In this document: piece by piece, positions 36,198 to 47,431 of the stretch
Numbering within the stretch: position 1 is the first letter of the stretch
Layout of the letters: each line of letters starts with the position of its first letter
Source of the DNA: Candidatus Dormiibacterota bacterium
GTDB taxonomy: Bacteria; Chloroflexota; Dormibacteria; Aeolococcales; Aeolococcaceae
Reading direction: 5' to 3'
Assembly (NCBI GenBank): GCA_019245575.1
Contig: JAFARE010000044.1
Coordinates: 25,090-89,089 of the forward strand
DNA length: 64,000 nucleotides
Position numbers and translations under genes: made by a program
The notes under the pieces: generated by a model
What the model was told of the DNA's origin: nothing
Seen by the model: the letters and a program-made list of their open reading frames with translations, nothing else
Databases searched by the model: none

Positions 36198-36713
36198 GTG
36201 GGAGTGAGACGGCCGGCGGCGTGCCTGCTGCCGGCGGCGGCAGCGCTGGCCCTGGCCGCGTGCGGCTCGTCGAGTGGCCCTGCCCTGTTCTCCCCCGACG
36301 CGTCGCTGGGCGGCACCACACTGAACGGCTCACAGCTCAACACCGCCGACCTGTCGGGCCACGTGGTCGTGGTGGTGTTCTGGGGCTCCTACAGCGCGCC
36401 CTGCCGCGCCGACCAGGCGCGGCTCAACGCGGTGTACGCGCATTGGGCGCCGAAAGGGGTCCGCTTCGTGGGCGTCGACATGCTCGATGACCAGAACGCG
36501 GCCCGCGCGTATGCGCAGCAGCTGCACGTCCCATACGAGAGCGTGGTCGACAAGCACGCGTCAGTGGCAGCCGGCTTTCTCATCTCGGCGGCGCCGGCGC
36601 TCGTCTTCATCGACAAACGCGGCCGGGTCACGGACCGCGTGTACGGAGGCCTCGACGTCATGGGCGACCCCGAGCTGGACCAGCAGCTGGTGCACCTCAC
36701 GTCGGCGACCTGA
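36198..36713 (+). CDS. TlpA/ResA-like thioredoxin-fold lipoprotein with SxxC in place of CxxC
   Basis: Lipobox LALAAC. The redoxin core is GHVVVVVFWGSYSAPCRADQARLNAVY...VRFVGVDMLD. The first active-site Cys position reads Ser (YSAPC). Confidence 0.78.
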   Translation: MGVRRPAACLLPAAAALALAACGSSSGPALFSPDASLGGTTLNGSQLNTADLSGHVVVVVFWGSYSAPCRADQARLNAVYAHWAPKGVRFVGVDMLDDQNAARAYAQQLHVPYESVVDKHASVAAGFLISAAPALVFIDKRGRVTDRVYGGLDVMGDPELDQQLVHLTSAT

Positions 36714-36822
36714 CGCCTTAGGCCCGCGCAAGGTTTGCGCCGGAGCCGGCGTTAAGGGCTCTAGACGCGCCAAAGGCTGCAACAAACGGCGCGAGTCAGG
36801 AAAGCAGGAGGAGGCAATTCCC

Positions 36823-38061
36823 TTGAAACGTATGCTCGCGGTCCCAGCAGTGGCCGCCGCCGGAGTGTTCGCGGCGACAGCCGGCCAGGCTGTGGCGGGC
36901 GCGTCGGCGTCGACCCCCTATCACCAGCCGGCGATCATGTTCAACATCCAGAACACCGCGGCGATCAACGGCAACACGACGGTCGTCAAGCCGGCGATCC
37001 AGCCGCCGCCCGTGCTCGCGTGCCTGCCGGTGACACCGCCGTCTCCCGTGCCCGGGTGCGTTCCCCCGGCGCCTCCCGCCGGCGAGCCGTGGCCCGGCAA
37101 CATGGCGTACTTCGGTGGCCACGTGCAGCTCAGCCCGAAGATCTACATGGTCTTCTACGGCTGGGGCGAGAAGGGTGCGTTCAGCACATGCACGCGTCCC
37201 AAGGGTGACCCAGTCACCTGCGATCCCGACGGCGCCGGCCAGCGCATGATCAACTTCGTGTCGCAGCTCGGCGGCACGACGTGGGCCGGCACCCAGACGC
37301 AGTACTACGAGACGGTCAACCAGAACGGCAACACGTACAACCTGCACATCGGCAATCCGGCCAATCAGCTGAAGGGAATCTGGATCGACAACAGCACGGC
37401 GCCCATCGACCCCAAGGACACGGCGCCGACGGCTCCGGGACACACGTACACCAAGCTCGCGCAGGAGGCGCAGCGCGCGGTCTCGCACTTCCGCGTCAGC
37501 GACCTGCTCAACAGCCAGTTCCTCATCATCCAGCCGCAGAACTTCTCGGATCCCGAGGCAGCGTCGGCCGGCTACTGCGCGTGGCACGACTACACGCAGC
37601 CCGGTATCGAGAACGGCATCTACAACACCGTGAAGGCGGGCATCTCATTCACCAACATGCCATACGTGCTGAACCAGGGCACGAGCTGCGGTGAGAACAG
37701 CCTGAACGCCGGCGCGGCCGGCAAGCTCGACGGCCAGTCGATCGTGCTCGGTCACGAGATCGAGGAGACTGTGACTGACCCGGGCGCCGAGGACGTGGTG
37801 AACGGCCAGAATCTCGGCGGCTGGTACGACGTCAACCAGTACGAGAACGGCGACAAGTGCGCCTGGGTCGGCGCTGACCCGGTGTGGCTGTCCACCGGCA
37901 GCGGTCCCGAGCCGGTGCCGGGTGTGCCGGGTGAGCTCGGCACCATGGTGGGCAACGCCAACGGACATCCGGGCCAGACCTTCCCGGTGCAGGCCCTGTG
38001 GAGCAATGACGCGGCCGGTGGCGCGGGCTACTGCGCGGGCGCCGGCACGGACCTGCCCTGA
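36823..38061 (+). CDS. secreted hypothetical protein, possibly EXORDIUM/PHI-1-like (HExxE-containing)
   Basis: The strong SD AGGAGGAGG (36806-36814) lies 8 nt before TTG 36823 and 17 nt before ATG 36832. Signal peptide MLAVPAVAAAGVFAATAGQAVAGA. Motifs YMVFYGWG, GYCAWHDYT and LGHEIEETVTDPG...GGWYD...GDKCAW. The upstream part of track ORF 36487-38061 is junk. Confidence 0.7.
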   Translation: MKRMLAVPAVAAAGVFAATAGQAVAGASASTPYHQPAIMFNIQNTAAINGNTTVVKPAIQPPPVLACLPVTPPSPVPGCVPPAPPAGEPWPGNMAYFGGHVQLSPKIYMVFYGWGEKGAFSTCTRPKGDPVTCDPDGAGQRMINFVSQLGGTTWAGTQTQYYETVNQNGNTYNLHIGNPANQLKGIWIDNSTAPIDPKDTAPTAPGHTYTKLAQEAQRAVSHFRVSDLLNSQFLIIQPQNFSDPEAASAGYCAWHDYTQPGIENGIYNTVKAGISFTNMPYVLNQGTSCGENSLNAGAAGKLDGQSIVLGHEIEETVTDPGAEDVVNGQNLGGWYDVNQYENGDKCAWVGADPVWLSTGSGPEPVPGVPGELGTMVGNANGHPGQTFPVQALWSNDAAGGAGYCAGAGTDLP

Positions 38062-38105
38062 CCAACAGCCGCTCCTGCGGAAGCGGTGAACCCAGCCCCC
38101 CTCAG

Positions 38106-38138
38106 AGAGGGCCCCAGTTTCGGGGCCCTCTTCTCTTT
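38106..38138 (+). terminator. intrinsic terminator hairpin between convergent genes
   Basis: AGAGGGCCCC (38106-38115) pairs perfectly with GGGGCCCTCT (38122-38131) around the loop AGTTTC, followed by TCTCTTT. It sits in the 80-bp gap between the stop at 38061 (+) and the stop at 38142 (-). Confidence 0.7.
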
Positions 38139-38141
38139 GAC

Positions 38142-38675
38142 TCACATCACGAGCAGCGCGGAGTGCGGTGAGCGGAGTCGCGCGGCGCCGTGCAAACCGG
38201 CGAGCTCGATGAGAAAGCTGAGCCCCACGACAGCGCCGCCGGCCCGCTCCACCAACGCCGCAGCGGCGGCCGCGGTTCCACCCGTCGCCAGCAGGTCGTC
38301 GACGATCAGCGTGCGCTGCCCGCGCGCCATCGCGTCCGCGTGCACTTCGAGCACCGCTTCGCCGTACTCCAGCTCGTACGAAACGGACAGCGTTGCGCGC
38401 GGGAGGCGGCCACTCTTGCGCACCGGCACGAATCCGGCGCCGAGAATGTCGGCGACGATGCCACCGAGGATGAAGCCGCGCGACTCGATGCCGGCCACGA
38501 CAGCGACGCCGGTCTCGCGGTACGGCGCCGCCATCAACATCGCGGTGTCATGCAGCGCCGCCGCATCGCCAAGCAGCGCGGTGATGTCTCTGAACATGAT
38601 GCCCGCGCGCGGGAAGTCCGGCACGTCGACGATCAGCGCGCGCAAACGGTCCAGCGTCGACTCGTCCGCGGCCAC
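38142..38675 (-). CDS. apt: adenine phosphoribosyltransferase
   Basis: VPDFPRAGIMFRDITALLGD...VAGIESRGFILGG...VPVRKSGRLP...RTLIVDDLLATGGTAAAAAALV (PRPP-binding motif). Confidence 0.93.
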   Translation of the reverse strand: MAADESTLDRLRALIVDVPDFPRAGIMFRDITALLGDAAALHDTAMLMAAPYRETGVAVVAGIESRGFILGGIVADILGAGFVPVRKSGRLPRATLSVSYELEYGEAVLEVHADAMARGQRTLIVDDLLATGGTAAAAAALVERAGGAVVGLSFLIELAGLHGAARLRSPHSALLVM

Positions 38676-38698
38676 GGCCGCAGGAGTGTAGCCGAGCG

Positions 38699-40552
38699 CT
38701 ACGCGGCGGTCGTGCGCGGCGCCACGACGACGGCGTCGCCGCCGGCGCGCTTCGCCTGGTACATGGCGACGTCGGCCGCGCGCGCCACCTCGTCGAGGGT
38801 GCGCCCGTGCTCGGGGAACAGCGCGAGCCCGATCGACCCGGTCACAACGGGCAACCCCTCCGCGGGCGGCGGCAGCTCCGCCAGCGACGCGCGCACCGCC
38901 TCGGCGACGCGGAGCGCGCCCTCCATGCCGCTGTTCGGCAGCATCAGCAGGAACTCCTCACCGCCGTAGCGAACCACCGCGTCCCCCTGGCGCATCACCG
39001 CGCGCAGCGCGCGTGCAGTGGCGCGCAACGCTGTGTCACCGGCCGCATGTCCCGCCACGTCGTTGATGCGCTTGAAGGCGTCGAGGTCCACCAGGAGCAC
39101 CGCGATCTGGCTGCCGGCTCGCGCGCTCTGCGCGGCTTCGCGCGGCGCGATCTCGTTCCACCAGCGGATGTTGAGCAACCCGGTGAGGCTGTCGGTGAAT
39201 GCGCGTCGCTCCAGCTCCGCGTACAGCTCGGCGTTGCGCCACGCGGCGGCGGCGATGTACCCGATCAGCGCGCAGCGCTCGAGGTCCTCCTCGCTGAAGC
39301 GGTCGAGTCCGTCGCGCCAGAGGTCGAGGATGCCGAGGCGATGGTCACCGGCGATGAGCGGGACCGCGAGCAGCGACTCCTCCATGCGCTCCGTGCCGGG
39401 AATGGTGGTGGCGGCCGGATGGGTGTCGGTGTCGGCGCAGCGATACGGCACGGCCTGGGCGAACGCCCAGCCGGTGATGCCCTCGTTCATCGAGTTGTCC
39501 ATCTCGGCGAGCCCCTCCATGCCAGTGCCCGCGGCGACGCGGGGCACGAGGCGATGGCGGTGCCAGTCGGCTTCGAAGATCGCCAGGCGGTCGGCCGGCG
39601 TCACCTGGATCACGAGCTCGGCCGCGATGCGCAGGATGCGGTCCGAGTCGTGCTCTGCCTGCAGCCCGCGGGCAGCCTCGCCGATGAGGCGGGAGAAGGT
39701 GCGCTCGTCGACGGTCGAGTCGTTGTCCACCGGCAGCGACGTCAGCAGGAGCGGGGCGTTCAGCGCGGCGCCGCGCTCCTCCAGCACGCGGATGTCGCGG
39801 CCACGAAACCACGTGTCGGTGACCGCGTCGTCGCCGTCTTCGGCGAGGTCCGCGCGCAACACCACAGGACGGGCCAGGTGCGGGCCCACCCCGTACTGCA
39901 CGCCGAGACCGGCGACGGCCAGCGCCTGCGCGCCCTCGACGATGCCGCGCGCGATCAGGCGGCCGCCCAGGCGCGACACGAACGTCACGGTGGCGGCCAG
40001 CTCGGCCTTGGCCACCTCATCGTGCAGGCGGCCCGAGATGCGCGGGTCGAGGAACACGAAGCCCGGCCGCACCGCCGCGACCAGCGTGTGGCCCAGGAGC
40101 GCCAGCGATGCGGTGTCGAGCGCGACGTGGAAGCCGGCGTCGCGCAGGTGCTCCAGCCGGGACATGCCCGTGTCGTCGAGCCGGCTCGCCTCAAGCTCGT
40201 GCACAAGCCACGCGATCTCGCCAGGGATGGCGCCGCACGCGCGCACGCGGGCCATCGGGTCGAATGCCGGCGACGAGAGCAGCGCGCCGCTGAGCGGCAC
40301 GAACACCACCGCCGGGCCGGCGTGCTGCGCCATGCACACCGCCGCGTCGATGAGCGCGTCCTCGTCGCCCGCGCCGGCCGGGCGCGGCAGCGCCTCGTAC
40401 CCGATGGCGACCCGGTCGACGATGTCCTGGACGGGCTGCAGCGCAACCCCCACCGGGGCGTCGACCAGGGCGGCCGCGCGGTCGGCGCTGCCTGGCTCGA
40501 GAAGCGTCATTGGTGCGCCGCTCATGCTAGGCGCGGCCGGCCGCACCCACAC
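38699..40552 (-). CDS. EAL-like (probably degenerate) - GAF - GGDEF diguanylate cyclase
   Basis: N-terminal LQPVQDIVDRVAIGYEALPRP (EAL-type). Central GAF (...LAIFEADWHRHRLVPRVAAG...). C-terminal LTGLLNIRWW...VLLVDLDAFKRINDVAGHAAGD...RYGGEEFLLML. The start is uncertain (several in-frame Met near 40510-40552). Confidence 0.85.
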   Translation of the reverse strand: MWVRPAAPSMSGAPMTLLEPGSADRAAALVDAPVGVALQPVQDIVDRVAIGYEALPRPAGAGDEDALIDAAVCMAQHAGPAVVFVPLSGALLSSPAFDPMARVRACGAIPGEIAWLVHELEASRLDDTGMSRLEHLRDAGFHVALDTASLALLGHTLVAAVRPGFVFLDPRISGRLHDEVAKAELAATVTFVSRLGGRLIARGIVEGAQALAVAGLGVQYGVGPHLARPVVLRADLAEDGDDAVTDTWFRGRDIRVLEERGAALNAPLLLTSLPVDNDSTVDERTFSRLIGEAARGLQAEHDSDRILRIAAELVIQVTPADRLAIFEADWHRHRLVPRVAAGTGMEGLAEMDNSMNEGITGWAFAQAVPYRCADTDTHPAATTIPGTERMEESLLAVPLIAGDHRLGILDLWRDGLDRFSEEDLERCALIGYIAAAAWRNAELYAELERRAFTDSLTGLLNIRWWNEIAPREAAQSARAGSQIAVLLVDLDAFKRINDVAGHAAGDTALRATARALRAVMRQGDAVVRYGGEEFLLMLPNSGMEGALRVAEAVRASLAELPPPAEGLPVVTGSIGLALFPEHGRTLDEVARAADVAMYQAKRAGGDAVVVAPRTTAA

Positions 40553-40632
40553 TCGGGCGTGGACGTCGTTGCGGCGGTTCCATCAAGTCGTTTCGGACGG
40601 CGGCGCGGATTCCGACGAGTGTCACGCCCGCG

Positions 40633-42972
<2,340 letters not shown>

Positions 42973-42979
42973 GGGGAGG

Positions 42980-43753
42980 TCATACCACCGGCCGCGCAAT
43001 CCCAAGCGACGCGCCAGGGTCCGAGACCAGCTCGGCGACAGCGGCCGCCGCACCGTCGGTCAGGAGCCACACCCGGAGCTCGCGGCCCGTCAGCTCGGCA
43101 CACAGCTCCACCTGGTCGCCGCGGTCGACCGGCCGGCGGTGCTCCAGCACGGCGCGGCCGGCAAACCCGCCCGTCTCAGCTCCCAGCGCCTCCTCCACCG
43201 CCTGCCAGTAGACCGCGTTGTTCACATGGCCCAGGATGTCCACGTCGCTGGCGCGGACCGGCCATGGCGCCCGGCTCGCGCCGGCCGGCGCATCCGGGGC
43301 GAGCTGCAGCTTCACGGACACACGCCGTCCGGCGCCGTCGCCGTAGACATGCCGGTAGGTCTCCGGCACCAGGGCGGGGCGCATCGTCCTGCCGTTGACC
43401 AGCACCCACGTCGTCTCCGCCTCGAGGCGCCCGGCGCGGTCACCGTCGATCCGGGTGCGCCGCGCCGCCCAGCGCGGCCCGAACCCGCCCGACCACGTGG
43501 CCAGCTCCACGAACTGGTCGCCCTGGAACGGCGCGCGGACCTCGATCTCCGTGCGCCGCACAATCCAGACGTTGTCCCCGTCGTCGAGGCGCGCGTCGGC
43601 CACGTCGTCGGTGGCGACGTCCTGGATGTAGCGCGCCGCGGCGTCGAGCCGCAGGCGGCCGGCGGCGTCGGCGTCGGAGAGGCGGATGCGGCGCCGGGCG
43701 CGGAACACGCGCGCGCCGTCAGCGGGCGGAAGCACCACCGAGTGGTAGCACAT
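42980..43753 (-). CDS. acyl-ACP thioesterase-like (double hot-dog) protein
   Basis: FRARRRIRLSDADAAGRLRLDAAARYIQDVATDD...WIVRRTEIEV...VRASDVDILGHVNNAVYWQAVEEAL. 257 aa. Confidence 0.75.
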   Translation of the reverse strand: MCYHSVVLPPADGARVFRARRRIRLSDADAAGRLRLDAAARYIQDVATDDVADARLDDGDNVWIVRRTEIEVRAPFQGDQFVELATWSGGFGPRWAARRTRIDGDRAGRLEAETTWVLVNGRTMRPALVPETYRHVYGDGAGRRVSVKLQLAPDAPAGASRAPWPVRASDVDILGHVNNAVYWQAVEEALGAETGGFAGRAVLEHRRPVDRGDQVELCAELTGRELRVWLLTDGAAAAVAELVSDPGASLGIARPVV

Positions 43754-43822
43754 GCCCCGCCGCGACCCGGCAGGTGAGGGCCGGCGCGCCGCCGGCCCTC
43801 TGAGCTTGCGGCTCCGCCTGGA

Positions 43823-44128
43823 TCAGGGAACCGTCGGGACCTGTCCGGCGTTCTCCTGCGCCTCACGGGCGGCGCTCTCCCCCGCCTCGTGGGTGGGGTT
43901 CTCGTTGGGCACGAAGTGCGCCGGCGCCGGGGCGGCGCTGCCCGAGCCCGAACTGGCCGACCCCGAGCCTGCGGATGCACTCGGGCTGGCGGTGCTGGTG
44001 GCGGCGTGTGAGATGAGGAAGCCACCGGCGAAAGCGCCGGTTGCCAGCCCCACGGCGATGGCCGCCGTCGCGCTGCGGCGGGCGATCCACCGGCGCGGCG
44101 TCTGCGCGACGCTGTCGTCGGGTGCCAT
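43823..44128 (-). CDS. small membrane-anchored hypothetical protein
   Basis: MAPDDSVAQTPRRWIARRSATAAIAVGLATGAFAGGFLISHAATSTASPSASAGSG...HFVPNENPTHEAGESAAREAQENAG. The anchor segment GGFLISHAATS resembles GGFVIAQAATS of the partial gene at 1-315. Confidence 0.6.
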   Translation of the reverse strand: MAPDDSVAQTPRRWIARRSATAAIAVGLATGAFAGGFLISHAATSTASPSASAGSGSASSGSGSAAPAPAHFVPNENPTHEAGESAAREAQENAGQVPTVP

Positions 44129-44430
44129 TGGTTGTCACTCCTTTTCTTGTGGTTGTCGATTGGTTGGCGATGCGAGCTGATTGCGTGCGCATGCACACCG
44201 GTTGATGTCAGGGGTTTGGCTACATCGGTCTGCCCTCCGCGAGCGGCGCCGGCCTTGTTTGCATGCGCACAGCCTCGCGGCGCAGGCTGAACGTCAGCCC
44301 TGCCGGCGCTGTGAATGGCCTGTGAATCCGACGCGCCGGCACGGCGGCGTGGCAGAGTCACGACCTGTCACGCGCGGCCGGGCTGCTCCGGGCCGGCTGA
44401 CCAGGAACCAATGAGAGAGGACGACGTCAC

Positions 44431-45435
44431 GTGAATGAGCGCGCGGCTGCCGCGATCAGCGTGCAGCAGCTGCACAAATCGTTCGGCAAGGTGCACGCGC
44501 TTCGAGGCATCGATTTCACGGTGCCGCGGGGCACGGTGATGGGGGTGCTCGGCCCCAACGGCGCGGGCAAGACAACCGCCGTGCGCGTGCTCACGACGCT
44601 GTTGCTGCCGGACTCCGGCACAGCGAGCATCGAGGGTCACGACGTCGTGCGCGAGGCCGCCGCGGTGCGGCGGCTCATCGGACTCGCGGGCCAGGCGACG
44701 GCGATCCAGATCGAGCTGACGGGGCGCGAGAACCTCGAGATCATGGGACGGCTGCGCCATCTGAGTTGGAGCGACGTGCGCACGCGCGGTCAGGAGCTGC
44801 TGGACCGCTTCGACCTGCTCGAGGCGGCAGACCGGCCCGCGAAGACCTATTCGGGCGGCATGCAGCGCCGTCTCGACCTTGCCGCGAGCCTGTTGGGGGA
44901 TCCGGCGGTGCTGTTTCTCGACGAGCCGACCACCGGGCTCGATCCCCACGGCCGCCTGCAGATGTGGTCGATCATCCGCGAGCTCGCGCAGCACGGCACG
45001 ACGATCCTGCTCACCACGCAGTACCTGGACGAAGCCGACGAGCTGGCCAACACGATCATCGTCATCGAGCGCGGCCAGGTCATCGCACAGGGGACGTCCG
45101 ATGAGCTCAAGGACCGGGTCGGCGGCGACGTGCTCGAATTCACGGTCGTCGACAAGTCGCGTGTCGACGACGCCGTGCGCGCGGTGGCAGGCCTCAGCGA
45201 CACAGACGCGATCGTCGACGCTGAGACGGGCCGGGTCGCGCTGCGCGTGGGCCATCGCGGCTCGCAGGCGCTCGTGCAGGCGGTGCGCGCGCTGGACACG
45301 GTGCACACCGAGACGGCAGGGCTTGCGCTGCGCCGTCCGTCGCTCGACGACGTGTTCCTCGCGGTCACGGGCCATGCCGCCGAGGCCGACGGCGAGCAGC
45401 CCCCGTCACGCGGTCGCGGCCGCAGGAGGATGTGA
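44431..45435 (+). CDS. ABC transporter ATP-binding protein (DrrA-like, ABC-2 exporter)
   Basis: Walker A GPNGAGKTT, signature YSGGMQRRL and Walker B VLFLDEPTTGLD. Overlaps the permease gene by ATGA. Confidence 0.92.
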   Translation: MNERAAAAISVQQLHKSFGKVHALRGIDFTVPRGTVMGVLGPNGAGKTTAVRVLTTLLLPDSGTASIEGHDVVREAAAVRRLIGLAGQATAIQIELTGRENLEIMGRLRHLSWSDVRTRGQELLDRFDLLEAADRPAKTYSGGMQRRLDLAASLLGDPAVLFLDEPTTGLDPHGRLQMWSIIRELAQHGTTILLTTQYLDEADELANTIIVIERGQVIAQGTSDELKDRVGGDVLEFTVVDKSRVDDAVRAVAGLSDTDAIVDAETGRVALRVGHRGSQALVQAVRALDTVHTETAGLALRRPSLDDVFLAVTGHAAEADGEQPPSRGRGRRRM

Positions 45436-46262
45436 GCATGGCGACGCTCGCCGCCGCAGACGTCACGCCCGATGCCGCGCAGCTGCTGCGCTGGGCGTTG
45501 AGCGACGCGTTCGTCATCACGCGTCGCAACCTGCTCGTGTGGCTGCGCGTGCCCGCGTACATCGTGTTCACCATCGTGCAGCCGGTGATCTTCGTGCTGC
45601 TGTTCCGCTACGTCTTCGGCGGCGCCATTCGGGTTGCAACCCCTGGCGGCTATGTCAGCTACCTGATGCCAGGGATAATCGGGCAGACGGCGGCCTTCGC
45701 ATGCTTCGCGACGGCGATTGCCCTCGCGGTGGAGGCGCAGGCAGGCGTCATCGATCGCCTGCGTTCCCTGCCCATGGCGCGCTCTGCCGTGCTCCTCGGC
45801 CGGCTGATGGCGGACGGCGTGCGGATGCTGATCACCATCCTCGTGATCCTGGCGGTCGGCTACGCGGTGGGGTTTCGCTTCCAGAACGGCGTGCTGCCGG
45901 CCATCGGCATGGTCGTGCTCGCCGAAGCGTTTGGCGTCACCATCTGCTGCGTCGCGTGCTTCATCGGCCTGGTGATCAAGGACCAGGAGGCGGTGCAGGC
46001 CTTCGGACTGATCTGGCTCTTCCCGTTGACATTTGTGAGCTCGGCATTCGTGCCCATCCAGTCGATGCCCGACTGGATGCAGGCGTTCGCGAACAACCAG
46101 CCGATCACGCTCGTGATCAACGCGATGCGCGCGCTCGCCCTGGGCAACCAGCCCGGCGCGCCACCGCTGAATCCCAACCTCTGGGAAGCGATCGTGTGGC
46201 TCGCCGGCATCCTGATCGTGTTCGGCCCGCTCGCCGTGCGCGCCTACCGCCGCGTCAGCTGA
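45432..46262 (+). CDS. ABC-2 type transporter permease (DrrB-like)
   Basis: 276 aa with six hydrophobic segments. It is translationally coupled to the ATPase gene. Confidence 0.88.
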   Translation: MSMATLAAADVTPDAAQLLRWALSDAFVITRRNLLVWLRVPAYIVFTIVQPVIFVLLFRYVFGGAIRVATPGGYVSYLMPGIIGQTAAFACFATAIALAVEAQAGVIDRLRSLPMARSAVLLGRLMADGVRMLITILVILAVGYAVGFRFQNGVLPAIGMVVLAEAFGVTICCVACFIGLVIKDQEAVQAFGLIWLFPLTFVSSAFVPIQSMPDWMQAFANNQPITLVINAMRALALGNQPGAPPLNPNLWEAIVWLAGILIVFGPLAVRAYRRVS

Positions 46263-46265
46263 AGC

Positions 46266-46910
46266 GTGGACATCCTCCGGCTCGACCTCGGCACGATCAA
46301 CGTCGTCGACGACCCGTGGCCGGTGCACGGCTTCGTCGTGCTGCACGAGTCGCTCGGGCCCGTTCTTGTGGACACCGGCTGCGGCGGGCCCGATGGGCTG
46401 CTGCGTCAGTACCGCGTGGTGAACCGCCGCGTGGCGGATGCGCTCGCGGCGCACTCACTGAGCCCGGCTGACGTGCGCCTCGTGGTCAACACCCACCTGC
46501 ACTTCGACCACTGCGGGCAGAACCCGGCGTTCCCCCACGCGCGCATGCTGGTGCAGCGCCGCGAACGCGAGCGTGTGCAGCGTGACGAACCCGACATCGA
46601 GGAGTGGCTCACCACCGCGGGCGTGAAGTTCGAATTGGTCGACGGCGATGTGGAGCTGGCCGACGGCCTGCGCATCGTGGCCACGCCGGGACACACCAGC
46701 GGGCATCAGTGCGTGATCGCATCGACGCCGCACGGCAGCGACCTGTTCGTGGGAGACGCGGCCATGCGGCGGTCGGTGTGGGACTCACCCACGCCGCACA
46801 ACCTGCCGCCGCTGCAGGCCGCGGACCTGGACTCATGGCAGTCGTCGCTGCAGCGGCTGCGCGCGTTAACCCCGGACCGCGTTCACTTCTGTCACGACGC
46901 GGCCACCTGA
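46266..46910 (+). CDS. MBL-fold metallo-hydrolase
   Basis: VVNTHLHFDHCGQN (HxHxDH motif), ATPGHTSGH and a C-terminal HFCHD. GTG start. Confidence 0.85.
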   Translation: MDILRLDLGTINVVDDPWPVHGFVVLHESLGPVLVDTGCGGPDGLLRQYRVVNRRVADALAAHSLSPADVRLVVNTHLHFDHCGQNPAFPHARMLVQRRERERVQRDEPDIEEWLTTAGVKFELVDGDVELADGLRIVATPGHTSGHQCVIASTPHGSDLFVGDAAMRRSVWDSPTPHNLPPLQAADLDSWQSSLQRLRALTPDRVHFCHDAAT

Positions 46911-46912
46911 GA

Positions 46913-47431
46913 TCACGGCGCGGCGTCGCGCAGAAAGCGCGCGATACGGTCCAGCGCGTCGTCGAGAACGGGCGCAAGTCCATGGCCCACGCGGGGATAT
47001 GTGTGCAGCTCCGCGCGCGGGATGAGTCGCGCCGCATCGCGCAGCAGCGCGGCGCGAGCGAATGGATCGGCGTCGCCTGAGAGCAGCAGCGTGGGGCACG
47101 TGATGCGGCTCCAGTGCTCCGTGCGCAGGTCATCGGGATGCCCCGGCCTGTGCAGGGGATAGCTGAGCAGCACCAGCGCGGCGGGAGTGGGAGCGTCTCC
47201 CGACGCTGCCAGCATGCTCGCCACGCGTCCACCGTACGAGTGGCCACCGGTCGAGGAGCCCGGCGGGGCGGCCGCCAGCAGCCGCGCGAACACGGGCACC
47301 GCTCGCTCCGCATTGCCCTTGGGCAGCGTGATCGCGCGGGCGCCGATCCCCCGCAGCCGCAGACCGTCGACGTGCGGCCGCATGCTCGCGGCCGTCCCCG
47401 AGGCGCCGTGCGCCAGCAGCAGCTCAGCCAT
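46913..47431 (-). CDS. alpha/beta-fold hydrolase (COG3571-like)
   Basis: Start at ATG 47431. Sequence MAELLLAHGASGTAASMRPHV...GGHSYGGRVASM...LLSYPLHRPG...TLLLSGDADPF...GHGL. 172 aa. The upstream part of the track ORF is junk. Confidence 0.78.
   Translation of the reverse strand: MAELLLAHGASGTAASMRPHVDGLRLRGIGARAITLPKGNAERAVPVFARLLAAAPPGSSTGGHSYGGRVASMLAASGDAPTPAALVLLSYPLHRPGHPDDLRTEHWSRITCPTLLLSGDADPFARAALLRDAARLIPRAELHTYPRVGHGLAPVLDDALDRIARFLRDAAP

Noticed and set aside
36735-36752. Small hairpin GCGCAA-GGT-TTGCGC after the TlpA-like gene as a terminator.
   Set aside because: It has only a 6-bp stem with a 3-nt loop and no T-tract, which is too weak to call.
43312-44361. A 349-aa minus-strand ORF spanning the thioesterase 5' end, the small membrane-protein gene and the 300-bp intergenic region.
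   Set aside because: It is an Arg/Pro/Ala-rich low-complexity translation that overlaps two better-supported genes in other frames.
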